A DNA stretch of 25,626 bases, from positions 1 to 25,626 of the forward strand of contig JAHWYE010000001.1 of the NCBI GenBank assembly GCA_020028195.1, given 5' to 3'. The translations under genes were made by a program, and so were the position numbers. This document shows positions 1 through 9,751 of the stretch, one piece after another (the stretch's first letter is position 1; each line of letters begins with the position of its first letter). The stretch comes from Nitrospirota bacterium. Lineage in GTDB: Bacteria > Nitrospirota > Nitrospiria > Nitrospirales > Nitrospiraceae. Under the pieces are notes generated by a model that saw nothing but the letters and a program-made list of their open reading frames with translations, was not told the DNA's origin and searched no databases.

Positions 1-237
1 CGCGATCGCCACTCGCTCGCCGGTGGACAGCAGCATGTCCATCTCGCGTTCATCGGGACAGGGAGTCACCTCATGCGCAAGCCGCACGAGCCGGTCAGTT
101 TCACCGCTCATGGCGGAGAGCACCACCACGAGGTCGTGTCCGGCCTGCCTGGCTTGCGCGACCCGTTCCGCGACCCGGTGAATCCGCTCTACGCTCCCGA
201 CAGAGGTGCCGCCGTATTTCTGGAGGATTAAGGCCAT
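1..237 (-). CDS. lysC: Aspartate kinase, N-terminal 79 aa (runs off window start)
   Basis: Manual translation from ATG at 237: [26 protein letters not shown]...[14 protein letters not shown]...[17 protein letters not shown]. Contains the KYGGTS, VVSAM-like and D-x-LLSTGE aspartokinase motifs. Missing from the ORF track because it is truncated. Confidence 0.96.
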   Translation of the reverse strand, partial: MALILQKYGGTSVGSVERIHRVAERVAQARQAGHDLVVVLSAMSGETDRLVRLAHEVTPCPDEREMDMLLSTGERVAIA

Positions 238-245
238 GCTCAGCC

Positions 246-1496
246 TCAACCGGGCGGGAGAAGCCTGGCGATCAGCTTGGTGGCTTCCCTGACTCCGGAT
301 TGAGTGGCCTCGGCATCGGCCTCCCTGAATCCCCTCTTGCTCGCCTTCTCTTTCTGAGTGCCCCCTCCATACAGCGTATAGACCGCTTGATGGCCTGCGC
401 CGGAACTGATGCCGGCGGTTGCAGCATAGTCACAGACGAGGAGTAGACGATGCGCCCCCAGCTTGGGCAACCCATCCAGGACGGGTCCAACGATCTTCTG
501 ATCGAACTCCTCCAAGACCTTGAGCCGAGCCTTGGAATCTGTCCCCTGAACCGTCTGAGGCGGGACCTCGGCATGCACGTAGACCAGGTCCTTCTTGGTG
601 AGCTCATCCAGCGCCTTCTCGCCACGGCTGAGAAAATCCGTGCCGTCGGACTCGGTGAGTGATGCCGGATCGATTGCTTCCAGGCCGGCGCAGAGGGCGA
701 TCCCTCGGTGGAGATCACTGGTTGAGATGATCGTGCCGGTGATCTGATGCCGATCCGTCAGGCTCGGCAACCGCGGGGCTCGGCCCTGTCCCCACAGCCA
801 GAGGCAATGCGCTGGCTTCAGCCCGGCGTCCCGTCTCTGATCGTTGACGGGATGATCGCGCAGAATGATCAGCGAGGCTTCCATCAGTTTCCGCAAGATA
901 TCGGATCCATCACCAGTCGGCAGGTACTCGCCGATCGGCCGCCCCACGATTTCGTGGGGATTGACACAGGTTGCTCGCGCCTTCCCTCCGACCCAAACCA
1001 TCAGGTGCCGATGCCCAGCACCGGGATAAAACTGGATAGTCTCGGAGCCGAGCTGCTCGTTGACCGCATCAATCAACTCACGGGCCTCTTCTGTTTCGAT
1101 GCCGCCGGCAGTGGCGTCCTCCATCACCACGTGCGGCCCCAGCTTCTTGATCTCAGGCTGTTGGCCTCCTCTGCTGTGCGTGGCATTCGCCCCGAGCGTC
1201 ACCATACTACACCGAAACACCACGTCATGCTCTCCCACCATGACACCCAGACCGGCAGCCTCAAAAGGGGCCGGACCCTGATAAACTTTGCGTGGGTCAT
1301 AACCCAAGATCGCCAACTGTGTCACGTCGCTTCCAGCAACGGGGCCGTCGGCCGGAATCGTCACTAGGCCAAGCTCTCCCTTGCGGGCCACTGTATCCAT
1401 ATGAGGGATGGCCGCCGCCTGTAGCAGTGTCTTGCCACCCAGATCCTCCCTGGGGACATCCGCCATACCAGCACCATGCAGGATGACGTACTTCAC
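246..1496 (-). CDS. apgM: ApgM-like cofactor-independent phosphoglycerate mutase family / proposed homoserine kinase, with degenerate metal-binding motifs
   Basis: GTG start. LGGKT, GSD, LGYDP, FRC, WLWGQG and VYVH-x-E family motifs. Lies between thrC and lysC. Canonical DG, D-x3-H and DH ligands read AG, PQTVQ and DY. Confidence 0.85.
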   Translation of the reverse strand: MKYVILHGAGMADVPREDLGGKTLLQAAAIPHMDTVARKGELGLVTIPADGPVAGSDVTQLAILGYDPRKVYQGPAPFEAAGLGVMVGEHDVVFRCSMVTLGANATHSRGGQQPEIKKLGPHVVMEDATAGGIETEEARELIDAVNEQLGSETIQFYPGAGHRHLMVWVGGKARATCVNPHEIVGRPIGEYLPTGDGSDILRKLMEASLIILRDHPVNDQRRDAGLKPAHCLWLWGQGRAPRLPSLTDRHQITGTIISTSDLHRGIALCAGLEAIDPASLTESDGTDFLSRGEKALDELTKKDLVYVHAEVPPQTVQGTDSKARLKVLEEFDQKIVGPVLDGLPKLGAHRLLLVCDYAATAGISSGAGHQAVYTLYGGGTQKEKASKRGFREADAEATQSGVREATKLIARLLPPG

Positions 1497-1509
1497 TTGT
1501 CGTCCATGC

Positions 1510-2568
1510 TCATAGGCTCAACAAGCGGGCGACATCATCACGGCTGGCCTTCACTGTGCGCGGCTGGCGCGAGACGCTAATGGCTGTGTCGGCATCCTTC
1601 AGCCCATGGCCGGTCAAGGTGCAAACCACCGTCTCACCGTCCTTGAGCATCCCGCTCTCGCGCAACTTGATGACCCCCGCCACTGACGCGGCAGAGGCCG
1701 GCTCGCAGAAGATCCCTTCCTCGGCCGCCACCAGTCCGTACGCCTGGAGGATCTCCTCGTCCGTGACCATGTCGATCTTGCCGGCCGACTCTTCCACCGC
1801 CTGGATGGCCAACCTCCAACTGGCGGGGTTGCCGATCCGTATTGCCGTCGCGATGGTCTGTGGGTCTTCCACCACATGACCCAGCACGATCGGAGCCGCG
1901 CCCGCCGCCTGAAATCCCATCATTCTGGGTAAGCCGGTAATCTGACCAGCGGCCCGATACTCGGTGTAGCCTCGCCAGTAGGCCGTGATGTTTCCGGCAT
2001 TGCCGACCGGCAACACATGCATGGTGGGAGCGAACCCAAGCTGGTCGCAGACCTCCATCGCCGCGGTCTTCTGCCCTTCGATCCGGAACGGATTGATCGA
2101 GTTCACCAGCTCAATCTTATGAGTCGCCGCGATGTCTTTGACAATCGCGAGAGCTTGGTCGAAGTTCCCCTCGACCTGGATGACAGTCGCCTGGTGCATC
2201 ATTGCCTGGGAGAGCTTGCCCATGGCGATCTTTCCAGCCGGGATGAGCACGTACACTGCCAATCCCGCCCGGGCGCCATAGGCAGCAGCAGACGCTGACG
2301 TGTTTCCAGTTGACGCACAAATCACAGCTCTTGCCCCTGACTCGAGCGTCTTGGAAATGGCCAGCGTCATCCCACGGTCTTTGAAGGAGCCGGTGGGATT
2401 CGCCCCCTCGAACTTCAGATACAGCTCGGCCCCGGGGGCAATTTTGCGGGCCAGGCGCTCGGCATGAATGAGCGGGGTATTCCCTTCGCCCAACGTCACG
2501 ACAGGCGTCTTCTCCGTGACCGGCAGAAACTTGCGATACTCTTCGATGACACCACGCCAGCGGATCAT
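1510..2568 (-). CDS. thrC: Threonine synthase
   Basis: LGEGNTPL, NPTGSFKDRG (PLP lysine), CASTGNTSAS, PVGNAGNI, EPASAAS. Start moved to MIRWRG (2568); the ORF-track extension from 2622 looks non-coding. Confidence 0.97.
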   Translation of the reverse strand: MIRWRGVIEEYRKFLPVTEKTPVVTLGEGNTPLIHAERLARKIAPGAELYLKFEGANPTGSFKDRGMTLAISKTLESGARAVICASTGNTSASAAAYGARAGLAVYVLIPAGKIAMGKLSQAMMHQATVIQVEGNFDQALAIVKDIAATHKIELVNSINPFRIEGQKTAAMEVCDQLGFAPTMHVLPVGNAGNITAYWRGYTEYRAAGQITGLPRMMGFQAAGAAPIVLGHVVEDPQTIATAIRIGNPASWRLAIQAVEESAGKIDMVTDEEILQAYGLVAAEEGIFCEPASAASVAGVIKLRESGMLKDGETVVCTLTGHGLKDADTAISVSRQPRTVKASRDDVARLLSL

Positions 2569-2618
2569 GGATGAGACACCAAGTGAATTGTGAGGGTGCG
2601 TCGAAGGGGGCACATGCA

Positions 2619-3932
2619 TCACTCGTCATGCCCCTCGACGCGGATTAACGTGGTGGGCTCGGAAATAAAGGGCATCCGATCGATTTCCCGGAGAGAAGCC
2701 TGGACATCCCGTTCAGTCGAGGTGTGGGTCATGATCACCACCGGCACCGTCTGACCCTCTTTGCGCCCCTGTTGGAGAACCGACGAGATGCTAATCCCGT
2801 GGCGCCCCAGCACGCCCGAGATCTGGGACAACACGCCCGGGCGGTCCAGCACCATGAACCGCAGGTAATACAGAGAGACGATCTCCTCCATCTGTCGAAT
2901 GCGGAGCGGGCGACGTTGATCCTGTTGAAAGGAAGCAGGCGGCACCCGGCCGGTCGCACCTGTCAGCAGATTGCGCGCGATGGCGATGACATCGCTGACC
3001 ACCGCGCTGCCGGTCGGCATCGATCCGGCGCCCTGGCCATAAAGCACAATATCGCCTACCGCATCCCCAGCAAGTTGGATGGCATTGTAGATCCCTTCCA
3101 CGTGCGCGACCGGCGAGGTGGATGGAATCATCGTGGGGTGGACCCTCGCTTCCACCTCACCATCAGAAAACTTGGCGATCCCAAGGAGCTTGATGGTGTA
3201 TCCAAATTCCTTGGCATAAGTGATGTCAAGCGGCGTCAGGCGGGTGATACCCTCTGTATAGACCTCCTTGAAGTTGACCGGCGTGCCGTACGCCAGACTT
3301 ACCATGATCGAGAGTTTGTGGGCCGAGTCAACCCCCGCCACATCAAACGTCGGATCGGCCTCGGCGTATCCAGCCCGTTGCGCTTCTGCCAGCACTTCCT
3401 TGAATCCCTGCCCTTCACTGGTCATACGGCTGAGGATATAGTTCGAGGTGCCGTTAATGATGCCGTAGATCGACAGAATCGTATTGGCTGCCAACCCTTC
3501 GGTCAGGGCACGGATGACGGGGATGCCACCTCCGACACTGGCTTCGAATCCGAGATCTACGCGGCGACGTGCGGCCGCTTCAAAGATTTCTTCCCCATGG
3601 ACCGCCAGCAGCGCCTTGTTCGCTGTCACCACCTGCTTGCCTCTTGCCATCGCGTCCAGGATCACCCGCTTGGCGGCGTCATACCCCCCGATGAGCTCCA
3701 GGACGATGTCGATCGAAGGATCATCCAGGATCTGCCCCACGTCGGTCGTCAGCATGCCCGGCGGCAGCGAAACCCCACGATCCCTCGTGATATCGAGGTC
3801 CACCACTCGGACCAATTCCACTGGGACCCCCACGCGCCGCTGAATCAAGGCGCGGTTCCCCAGCAAGATTTTGGCGACCCCTATTCCCACCGTCCCGAAT
3901 CCGACCAAGCCCACTCCGATCCGGGCCTTCAT
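2619..3932 (-). CDS. hom: Homoserine dehydrogenase with C-terminal ACT domain
   Basis: GxGTVG Rossmann motif, [51 protein letters not shown]. 4-bp ATGA overlap with the upstream gene. Confidence 0.97.
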   Translation of the reverse strand: MKARIGVGLVGFGTVGIGVAKILLGNRALIQRRVGVPVELVRVVDLDITRDRGVSLPPGMLTTDVGQILDDPSIDIVLELIGGYDAAKRVILDAMARGKQVVTANKALLAVHGEEIFEAAARRRVDLGFEASVGGGIPVIRALTEGLAANTILSIYGIINGTSNYILSRMTSEGQGFKEVLAEAQRAGYAEADPTFDVAGVDSAHKLSIMVSLAYGTPVNFKEVYTEGITRLTPLDITYAKEFGYTIKLLGIAKFSDGEVEARVHPTMIPSTSPVAHVEGIYNAIQLAGDAVGDIVLYGQGAGSMPTGSAVVSDVIAIARNLLTGATGRVPPASFQQDQRRPLRIRQMEEIVSLYYLRFMVLDRPGVLSQISGVLGRHGISISSVLQQGRKEGQTVPVVIMTHTSTERDVQASLREIDRMPFISEPTTLIRVEGHDE

Positions 3933-5116
3933 CGTTTCGCTCCTTCAAGCTTCAAGGCCTTCTTAATTCCCCGAACAGCCTGCCTGATCCTGTGCTCATT
4001 TTCAACCAGCGCAAACCGCACGTGTTCGTCCCCACCGTCCCCAAACCCAATCCCAGGAGAGACCGCAACCTTCGCATCCCTGAGCAGCAGCTTCGAGAAC
4101 TCCAGCGACCCCATCCCACGATACGGCGTCGGGATGCGAGCCCACACGAACATCGTCGCACGCGGCTTCTCGACAGACCAGCCGATTCGGTTGAGGCCGT
4201 TGACCAACTCATTCCGGCGCTTTTGATAGCGGAGCACCGTTTCCCTGACACAATCCTGCGGCCCATTCAGCGCGATAATACTGGCGATCTGGAGCGGCTG
4301 GAAGATGCCATAGTCAAGATAGCTTTTGATCTTGGTCAGCGCGCCCACTACCTCGCGATTTCCAACGCAGAACCCGACCCGCCAACCGGGCATATTGTAA
4401 CTCTTTGAGAGGGTATAAAACTCGACGCCGATCTCCTTCGCCTCCGGAACCTGCAACAGGCTCGGGGCGCGGTAGCCGTCAAAGCACAGGTCGGCATAGG
4501 CAAGGTCGTGGATCACCATGACGTTGTGTTCCTTGGCGAATGCCACGACCTTTTTGAAAAACTCCAGATCCACGACCGCGGTGGTCGGATTATGCGGAAA
4601 GTTGATGACCAAGATCCGCGGACGCGGCTGCGTCTGGCGATAGGCCCGCATCAGGTCTTCAAAGAAATCACTCTCGGGGCTCAGCGCGATTCCACGCACC
4701 TCTCCCCCGGCAATGATCACGCTATACATGTGAATGGGATAAGTCGGCGTGGGCGCCAGCACCACATCACCGGGACCGATCATGGCAAGCGCGAGATGCG
4801 CGATTCCTTCCTTCGACCCGATGGTGACGATCGCCTCAGTCTCTGGATCCAGGTCCACATCGTATCGGCGCTTGTACCAGCCGGTGATCGCGTGACGGAG
4901 CTTGGTGATCCCGCGCGATGCCGAGTAGCGATGGTTCTTGCCGTTCTTGACGGCTTCGACGAGCTTATCAACGATATGGCCTGGGGTCGGCTGATCGGGA
5001 TTCCCCATGCCGAAATCAATGATGTCTTCGCCCCGATGTCGGGCCTCCAGCTTGAGAGCCTGGACTTGGGCAAACACGTAGGGCGGGAGCCGTTTTATTC
5101 GGTAAAACCCTTCCAC
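3929..5116 (-). CDS. alaC: PLP-dependent class I/II aminotransferase, AlaC-like
   Basis: [11 protein letters not shown]-terminus, [45 protein letters not shown]. Typical position ahead of hom. Substrate (alanine vs other) not provable. Confidence 0.85.
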   Translation of the reverse strand: MEGFYRIKRLPPYVFAQVQALKLEARHRGEDIIDFGMGNPDQPTPGHIVDKLVEAVKNGKNHRYSASRGITKLRHAITGWYKRRYDVDLDPETEAIVTIGSKEGIAHLALAMIGPGDVVLAPTPTYPIHMYSVIIAGGEVRGIALSPESDFFEDLMRAYRQTQPRPRILVINFPHNPTTAVVDLEFFKKVVAFAKEHNVMVIHDLAYADLCFDGYRAPSLLQVPEAKEIGVEFYTLSKSYNMPGWRVGFCVGNREVVGALTKIKSYLDYGIFQPLQIASIIALNGPQDCVRETVLRYQKRRNELVNGLNRIGWSVEKPRATMFVWARIPTPYRGMGSLEFSKLLLRDAKVAVSPGIGFGDGGDEHVRFALVENEHRIRQAVRGIKKALKLEGAKR

Positions 5117-5190
5117 TGTTTCCCCACCTCACGCCCCACCAGACTCGTCTGATCGCCCGGATTCCCGCCCATTTGGGCGAAACGTGCCTC

Positions 5191-5219
5191 ATTCTAATGC
5201 AGCTGTCCAAATCAGTCAA
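5191..5219 (-). promoter_or_regulatory. Sigma70-type promoter of the alaC-hom-thrC-apgM-lysC operon
   Basis: TTGACT (5219-5214), 17 bp spacer, TAGAAT (5196-5191), about 75 nt upstream of the alaC GTG. SD GAGGTG at 5130-5125. Confidence 0.75.
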
Positions 5220-5391
5220 TTTTAATCGGGTGTTGGGAGAGTTTCGCTTTCCGTAGCCGTCCTCGCGCAGGGCCAGTGAACACATTCCATTTGACCAAGA
5301 TGAGGCGCCGCATACGTCAAGCAATGGTTCCCCGGTATGCAGAGACGGCGTCAGGGAGTCGTTTGTTCGGTACTTGGCAAGCCCATACCAC

Positions 5392-5420
5392 TTGCTAGCC
5401 TCCTCTTTTTTTGCAATAAT
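5392..5420 (+). promoter_or_regulatory. Possible sigma70 promoter for the pdxJ operon
   Basis: TTGCTA (5392-5397), 17 bp spacer, AATAAT (5415-5420). The first -10 position mismatches consensus. Confidence 0.4.
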
Positions 5421-5497
5421 GCGCTAACCTTTTGCAAACCAAAGCAGAATCCCCATAGCCCAGGGTCGCCTGCGGCCATGGGACCCCGGGAGGACAT

Positions 5498-6211
5498 GTG
5501 GCTCGATTGGGAGTCAATATTGACCATGTGGCTACGCTCCGGCAAGCCAGGGGAGGGAAAGAGCCGGACCCTCTGTCCGCTGCCGTACTGGTTGAACTGG
5601 CCGGGGCAGATGGCCTGGTCGTCCATCTTCGAGAGGACCGCCGCCACATCCAGGATCGCGACCTCGCCCTGTTGCGTGAGATTGTACAGACCAAGCTTGA
5701 CCTAGAGATTGGAGCAGAAGAGTCAATGGCCAAGATCGCCCTGAGCATCAAACCGCACTTCGTGACCCTGGTGCCGGAACGTCGCCAGGAGCTGACCACC
5801 GAGGGAGGCCTGGAGGTGGCCGGTCAGCAGGAACGGATTCAACGCATTGTGGATCTTCTGCATGACAGCGGCATTCCTGTGAGCCTGTTTGTCGAGCCAG
5901 ACTTGAACCAGATCAAGGCAGCTCATAAGGTGAGCGCAGACTTTGTCGAACTCCACACCGGTCGCTACGCGAATGCCCGCCGTTCGAAAGAAGAAGACGC
6001 CGAGTTCGAAACCATCGCACAGGCCGCCAAGCTGGCCTACAAAGTGGGTATGGGGGTCAACGCAGGACACGGTCTCACCTACCGCAATGTCCGGCGCTTG
6101 ACGAAGATCCCCGAAATCGTGGAATTCAACATCGGGCACAGCATCATCGCGAGGGCTGTTCTAGTCGGTCTCGAGCGGGCCGTGCGGGAGATGAAGCAAC
6201 TGGTGAGCTAA
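5498..6211 (+). CDS. pdxJ: Pyridoxine 5'-phosphate synthase
   Basis: [60 protein letters not shown] before the GTG. Confidence 0.98.
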   Translation: MARLGVNIDHVATLRQARGGKEPDPLSAAVLVELAGADGLVVHLREDRRHIQDRDLALLREIVQTKLDLEIGAEESMAKIALSIKPHFVTLVPERRQELTTEGGLEVAGQQERIQRIVDLLHDSGIPVSLFVEPDLNQIKAAHKVSADFVELHTGRYANARRSKEEDAEFETIAQAAKLAYKVGMGVNAGHGLTYRNVRRLTKIPEIVEFNIGHSIIARAVLVGLERAVREMKQLVS

Positions 6212-6282
6212 CCCCCCGACATTCACACGACGACCGCCGTTCCGCTCAGCAAGCCCAGGACCGTGCACCGGCCTTACGGAAC

Positions 6283-6669
6283 ATGAAGATTGTCGGCATC
6301 GGCCTTGATCTCGTCAAGATTGCCCGCATCCGCAGTCTCACGGAGCGGTGGCAAGAGCGCTTCCTGCAGCGCCTCTACACAGACGCAGAACGCCAGTATT
6401 GCTTCAGGCTGGCATCCCCCTATGCTTCCTTGGCTGGACGGTTTGCGGCGAAGGAAGCGGTTCTGAAAGCGCTTGGCACCGGCTGGTCTGGCGGCATACG
6501 GTGGGTAGAAATTCAAGTGCTCAACGACCCCAGCGGCCGGCCGGTGGCCACAGCGAACGGTCGTGTTGGAGCCTTGCTTCAGGAGGCCGGCGTGACCGGC
6601 ATCCACGTCAGCTTGTCGCATGATGCCGACTACGCGATCGCCGAGGCAATCCTCACAACAGATCGCTAA
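6283..6669 (+). CDS. acpS: Holo-[acyl-carrier-protein] synthase
   Basis: GIGLDLV, LAGRFAAKEAVLKALGTG, SGRP, SLSHD-x-DYA. Confidence 0.97.
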   Translation: MKIVGIGLDLVKIARIRSLTERWQERFLQRLYTDAERQYCFRLASPYASLAGRFAAKEAVLKALGTGWSGGIRWVEIQVLNDPSGRPVATANGRVGALLQEAGVTGIHVSLSHDADYAIAEAILTTDR

Positions 6670-6701
6670 CAGCGAATAACGAACGGCCAATCCCTTCCCT
6701 T

Positions 6702-8264
6702 ATGAAGATCGTGACCGCCGCGCAGATGCAAGCCCTCGATCGCCGCGCCATCACGGAGGGCCACATCCCGAGCCTCACCCTGATGGCCCATGCTGGCGCC
6801 AGCGTCGTCGCCGCCATGGAACAGACATTCGGCTCCTTGGCCGGTAAGACGGTGGCGGTCCTTTGCGGCAAGGGACATAACGGAGGGGACGGGTTCGTGG
6901 TCGCACGACTGCTGAAGCGGAAACGGGCCAGGGTTCAGGTGCTGCTCATGACCCGACCGGCGGACCTGGCTGGTGATGCCAAGACGATGCATCGTCGATT
7001 TGTGAGCGCCGGCGGCGCATCGGCCATCCACGCCTGTCCGTCCAGCGTCAAACTTCAGAAGCTGCTTGGGAACAGCGATCTGCTCGTGGATGCTCTTCTC
7101 GGGACCGGACTCTCTGCCCCGATCACCGGACCGTACCGCACCGCAATCGACTGCATCAATGGCGCGGATCGACCGGTGACCGCGGTTGATCTCCCGTCAG
7201 GCATTCACGCCGACACCGGAGCGGTGCTTGGCACAGCCGTCCTGGCCACGCTGACGGTCACGTTTGCGCTCCCCAAACTCGGCTTGTACGTTGGTCCCGG
7301 TATCGATCACGCCGGGACAATCCACATCGCCGACATCGGCATTCCGGCATCGTATGCGGAGGCCGTCGACAGTCGAATCTCGCTGATCACCGGGGACGAA
7401 ACTCACCGTCTCCTCCCTGCCCGCCTGCCATCCGGACATAAGGGCACCTATGGGCACGTCGGGCTCATCGCCGGATCGGTGGGAAAAACCGGCGCAGCCG
7501 CCCTCGCCGCGAGAGCGGCGCTTCGGGTGGGAGCTGGCCTGGTGACAGTCGCGACGCCGGCGAGCGTAAACGACACCCTCGAGGCCAAGCTGTTGGAAGC
7601 GATGACCGTTCCCATGCCTGAAACGACGGCACGAACCCTGGCGCGGTCCGGACTTGATCTTCTCCTCACGTTTGCGAATGCCCGAAGTGCCGTCGCGATC
7701 GGTCCAGGCTTGACCACTCATCCGGAAACCGTCGAATTGATCCAGGCGCTGATCACGAGGCTAGAGAAGCCTTGCGTACTGGACGCGGACGCGCTGAATG
7801 CACTCGCAGGACGCCCTGCCTTGCTTGCGGAGTGCAAGACCCCGCTTATTCTGACCCCGCACCCGGGAGAAATGGCTCGGCTGGAAGAGCAGGCGACACC
7901 TGAGTCGGTCAATGCCGATCGCATCGGAACTGCCAGACGTTTTGCCCAGCAACGCGGGGTCATTCTGGTCTTAAAGGGAGCTCGCACGGTCGTGGCTCAT
8001 CCAAACGGACAGGTGGCGATCTGTCCGACTGGCAATCCCGGCATGGCCACTGCCGGAACCGGCGACGCCCTCACCGGGGTCATCGTCGGTCTGTTGGCTC
8101 AGGGTCTGAACGTGTGGGGCGCAGCCCGTGCCGGCACCTATTTCCACGGTCTAGCGGGCGATCTAGCGGCAGCTTCATTGGGACCCGCAGGTATGACCGC
8201 GGGAGACTTAATCGAGCAAATTCCCCATGCCCTCACGCAGACGCTCTCTCCCCTTGCGGGCTAA
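6702..8264 (+). CDS. nnr: Bifunctional NAD(P)H-hydrate epimerase/dehydratase (YjeF/Nnr)
   Basis: CGKGHNGGDG, DALLGTG, AVDLPSG, HKGTYG, GPGL, DADAL, TPHPGEMARL, LKGA, GNPGMATAGTGDALTG. Confidence 0.96.
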   Translation: MKIVTAAQMQALDRRAITEGHIPSLTLMAHAGASVVAAMEQTFGSLAGKTVAVLCGKGHNGGDGFVVARLLKRKRARVQVLLMTRPADLAGDAKTMHRRFVSAGGASAIHACPSSVKLQKLLGNSDLLVDALLGTGLSAPITGPYRTAIDCINGADRPVTAVDLPSGIHADTGAVLGTAVLATLTVTFALPKLGLYVGPGIDHAGTIHIADIGIPASYAEAVDSRISLITGDETHRLLPARLPSGHKGTYGHVGLIAGSVGKTGAAALAARAALRVGAGLVTVATPASVNDTLEAKLLEAMTVPMPETTARTLARSGLDLLLTFANARSAVAIGPGLTTHPETVELIQALITRLEKPCVLDADALNALAGRPALLAECKTPLILTPHPGEMARLEEQATPESVNADRIGTARRFAQQRGVILVLKGARTVVAHPNGQVAICPTGNPGMATAGTGDALTGVIVGLLAQGLNVWGAARAGTYFHGLAGDLAAASLGPAGMTAGDLIEQIPHALTQTLSPLAG

Positions 8265-8862
8265 AGGGCAAGGGGGGGCCGGTCCCAGCCTTCCACGACC
8301 TCGATCCCGACGCTCGTCCGTCGGAAACGGAGCTGTGTCAGAGCCCTACGAATGGCGCAGTCAGCTTCGGTCGGCGACCGACACTGAGCAGCTCGGGCGC
8401 TTCATCGGTCAGTCATTGCGAGGAGGAGAAGTGTTAGCGCTGTACGGAGAACTGGGGACGGGAAAGACCACGCTCGTGCGGGGCATCGCAACAGGACTTG
8501 GGGTGCCTTCTCATATCGTGAACAGTCCCACGTTCGTCCTGATCCATGAGTATCAAGGTCGTGTCCCCTTTGCGCACGCGGATCTCTACCGCATCCAGGC
8601 CCAGCCTGAACTGCAGCACATCGGCCTCTCGGACTACCTGGACGGCCAGACTGTGGTGGCGATCGAGTGGGCCGACAAGGGCTTCTTCGAGTTGCCGGAT
8701 GATCGCTTGGAGGTGCATCTGAGTCACCGGAGCGCACGCACCAGGCAGGTTGTCCTCAGGGCCAAGGGAACCGCGATGCGAGGCCTGTTGGATCGTGTGT
8801 TACAGCGATGCGGGGCCCTCAAGGCTGTCACCAGCCTTCAACAAGCGCGGCTTCTACGATGA
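8227..8862 (+). CDS. tsaE: tRNA threonylcarbamoyladenosine biosynthesis ATPase TsaE
   Basis: GELGTGKTT P-loop, SPTFVLIHEY, HADLYR, IEWA. Start uncertain: ATG 8227 overlaps nnr by 38 nt and gives a low-complexity extension; GTG 8335 is an alternative. Confidence 0.93.
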   Translation: MPSRRRSLPLRAKGQGGAGPSLPRPRSRRSSVGNGAVSEPYEWRSQLRSATDTEQLGRFIGQSLRGGEVLALYGELGTGKTTLVRGIATGLGVPSHIVNSPTFVLIHEYQGRVPFAHADLYRIQAQPELQHIGLSDYLDGQTVVAIEWADKGFFELPDDRLEVHLSHRSARTRQVVLRAKGTAMRGLLDRVLQRCGALKAVTSLQQARLLR

Positions 8863-9410
8863 AGATCGTGTGGGCGCCCTGGCGCATGGCCTACATCAAG
8901 AACGCCAGGAAACCGAGAGGATGTATCTTCTGCTCGAAAGTGCGGGAACGACGGGACTCGGTGAACCTCCTGCTCCACCGAGGGCAGCATGCCTTTGTTA
9001 TGATGAACCTCTTCCCTTACAACAGCGGCCATCTGATGGTCGCCCCCTACGCGCACGTCAAGAGTTTGGAAGTGCTGTCCGCCGATAGCGCCCTGGATCT
9101 GATCCGGATGACGAACCTTTCTCTTCGGGTGCTACGGGCGGAGATCCGGCCGGAAGGGTTTAACGTCGGGATGAACCTCGGGCGCGTGAGCGGAGCCGGT
9201 ATCGAGGGCCATGTGCACCTGCATATTGTTCCTCGCTGGAACGGAGACACAAATTTCATGCCGCTGTTTTCCGAGACTCGGGTCATCCCCGAGCATCTCC
9301 GCGCGACCTACCGAAAACTGCGCGCCGGATTCCGCCTGGCCCTCCAGGAAAAGGGAACACTGAGACAGGGTCCCGGACGGGACCTGAAGCGGGTACACCC
9401 ACGGCTATGA
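8859..9410 (+). CDS. HIT family hydrolase (Ap4A phosphorylase/hydrolase-like)
   Basis: WAPWRMAYI, CIFC zinc motif, NLFPYNSGHLMV, HVHLHIVPRW histidine triad. Start set at ATG 8859 (ATGA overlap with the tsaE stop). Confidence 0.93.
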   Translation: MKIVWAPWRMAYIKNARKPRGCIFCSKVRERRDSVNLLLHRGQHAFVMMNLFPYNSGHLMVAPYAHVKSLEVLSADSALDLIRMTNLSLRVLRAEIRPEGFNVGMNLGRVSGAGIEGHVHLHIVPRWNGDTNFMPLFSETRVIPEHLRATYRKLRAGFRLALQEKGTLRQGPGRDLKRVHPRL

Positions 9411-9751
9411 TCAGGCTCATCCTGGTTGGCATCTTGTTGTTGCTTTCTCTGACCTTCTTTCTCCAAAACCAGGAGCAAGAGGTCACCCTCCGGTATTTCT
9501 TCGGACTGGCCGCGGCCACAACGTACATTTACAAGCCAATCCTCAGCGCCTTTGCCATCGGTCTGCTCGTGGCCTCCATCCTTTTGTTTCCACCCTGGAT
9601 CAGAGGACGAATTGAACTCAGGCGAAAGACAAGAGCACTGCAGGAGGCGGAGGCTGACCTTGAACGGCTCCGGCAGTCGATGGGGAAGGTACTGCATACG
9701 CCCGCCAAGCAGGGGACGCGTGAGATCGCCGAGGAGCTTCAGGATGAATGA
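9407..9751 (+). CDS. LapA-like (DUF1049) two-TM membrane protein
   Basis: Two hydrophobic helices with F-x-x-QN-x-x-x-V-x-L-x-YF between them, followed by a coiled-coil-like tail. ATGA overlap with HIT. Confidence 0.75.
   Translation: MIRLILVGILLLLSLTFFLQNQEQEVTLRYFFGLAAATTYIYKPILSAFAIGLLVASILLFPPWIRGRIELRRKTRALQEAEADLERLRQSMGKVLHTPAKQGTREIAEELQDE

Noticed and set aside
5236-5275. Hammerhead-like CTG...GAG...CGAAAC on the minus strand; also partial SAM-I and glycine riboswitch words
   Set aside because: The core CUGANGA is absent (CUGCGCGA) and the other riboswitch consensus elements are missing.
5212-5313. 33-aa minus-strand ORF MRRLILVKWNVF... as a leader peptide
   Set aside because: No SD, no enrichment of Thr/Lys/Met codons, and it lies upstream of the better promoter.
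5291-5320. TTGAC-N20-GTCAA as an FNR/CRP-type box
   Set aside because: The spacer is 20 nt rather than 4-6, and the interior is poorly palindromic.
5375-5397. Sigma54-like TGGTATGGGCTTGC on the minus strand, within a GCAAG/CTTGC inverted repeat
   Set aside because: GG-to-GC spacing is 9 nt, not the strict 10 nt required.
8227-8334. N-terminal extensions in the ORF track for tsaE, thrC, HIT, mutS, truB and protein B
   Set aside because: They are low-complexity or overlap neighbouring genes. Downstream starts with SDs or ATGA coupling fit better, so they are not evidence of fusions. The tsaE start remains unresolved.
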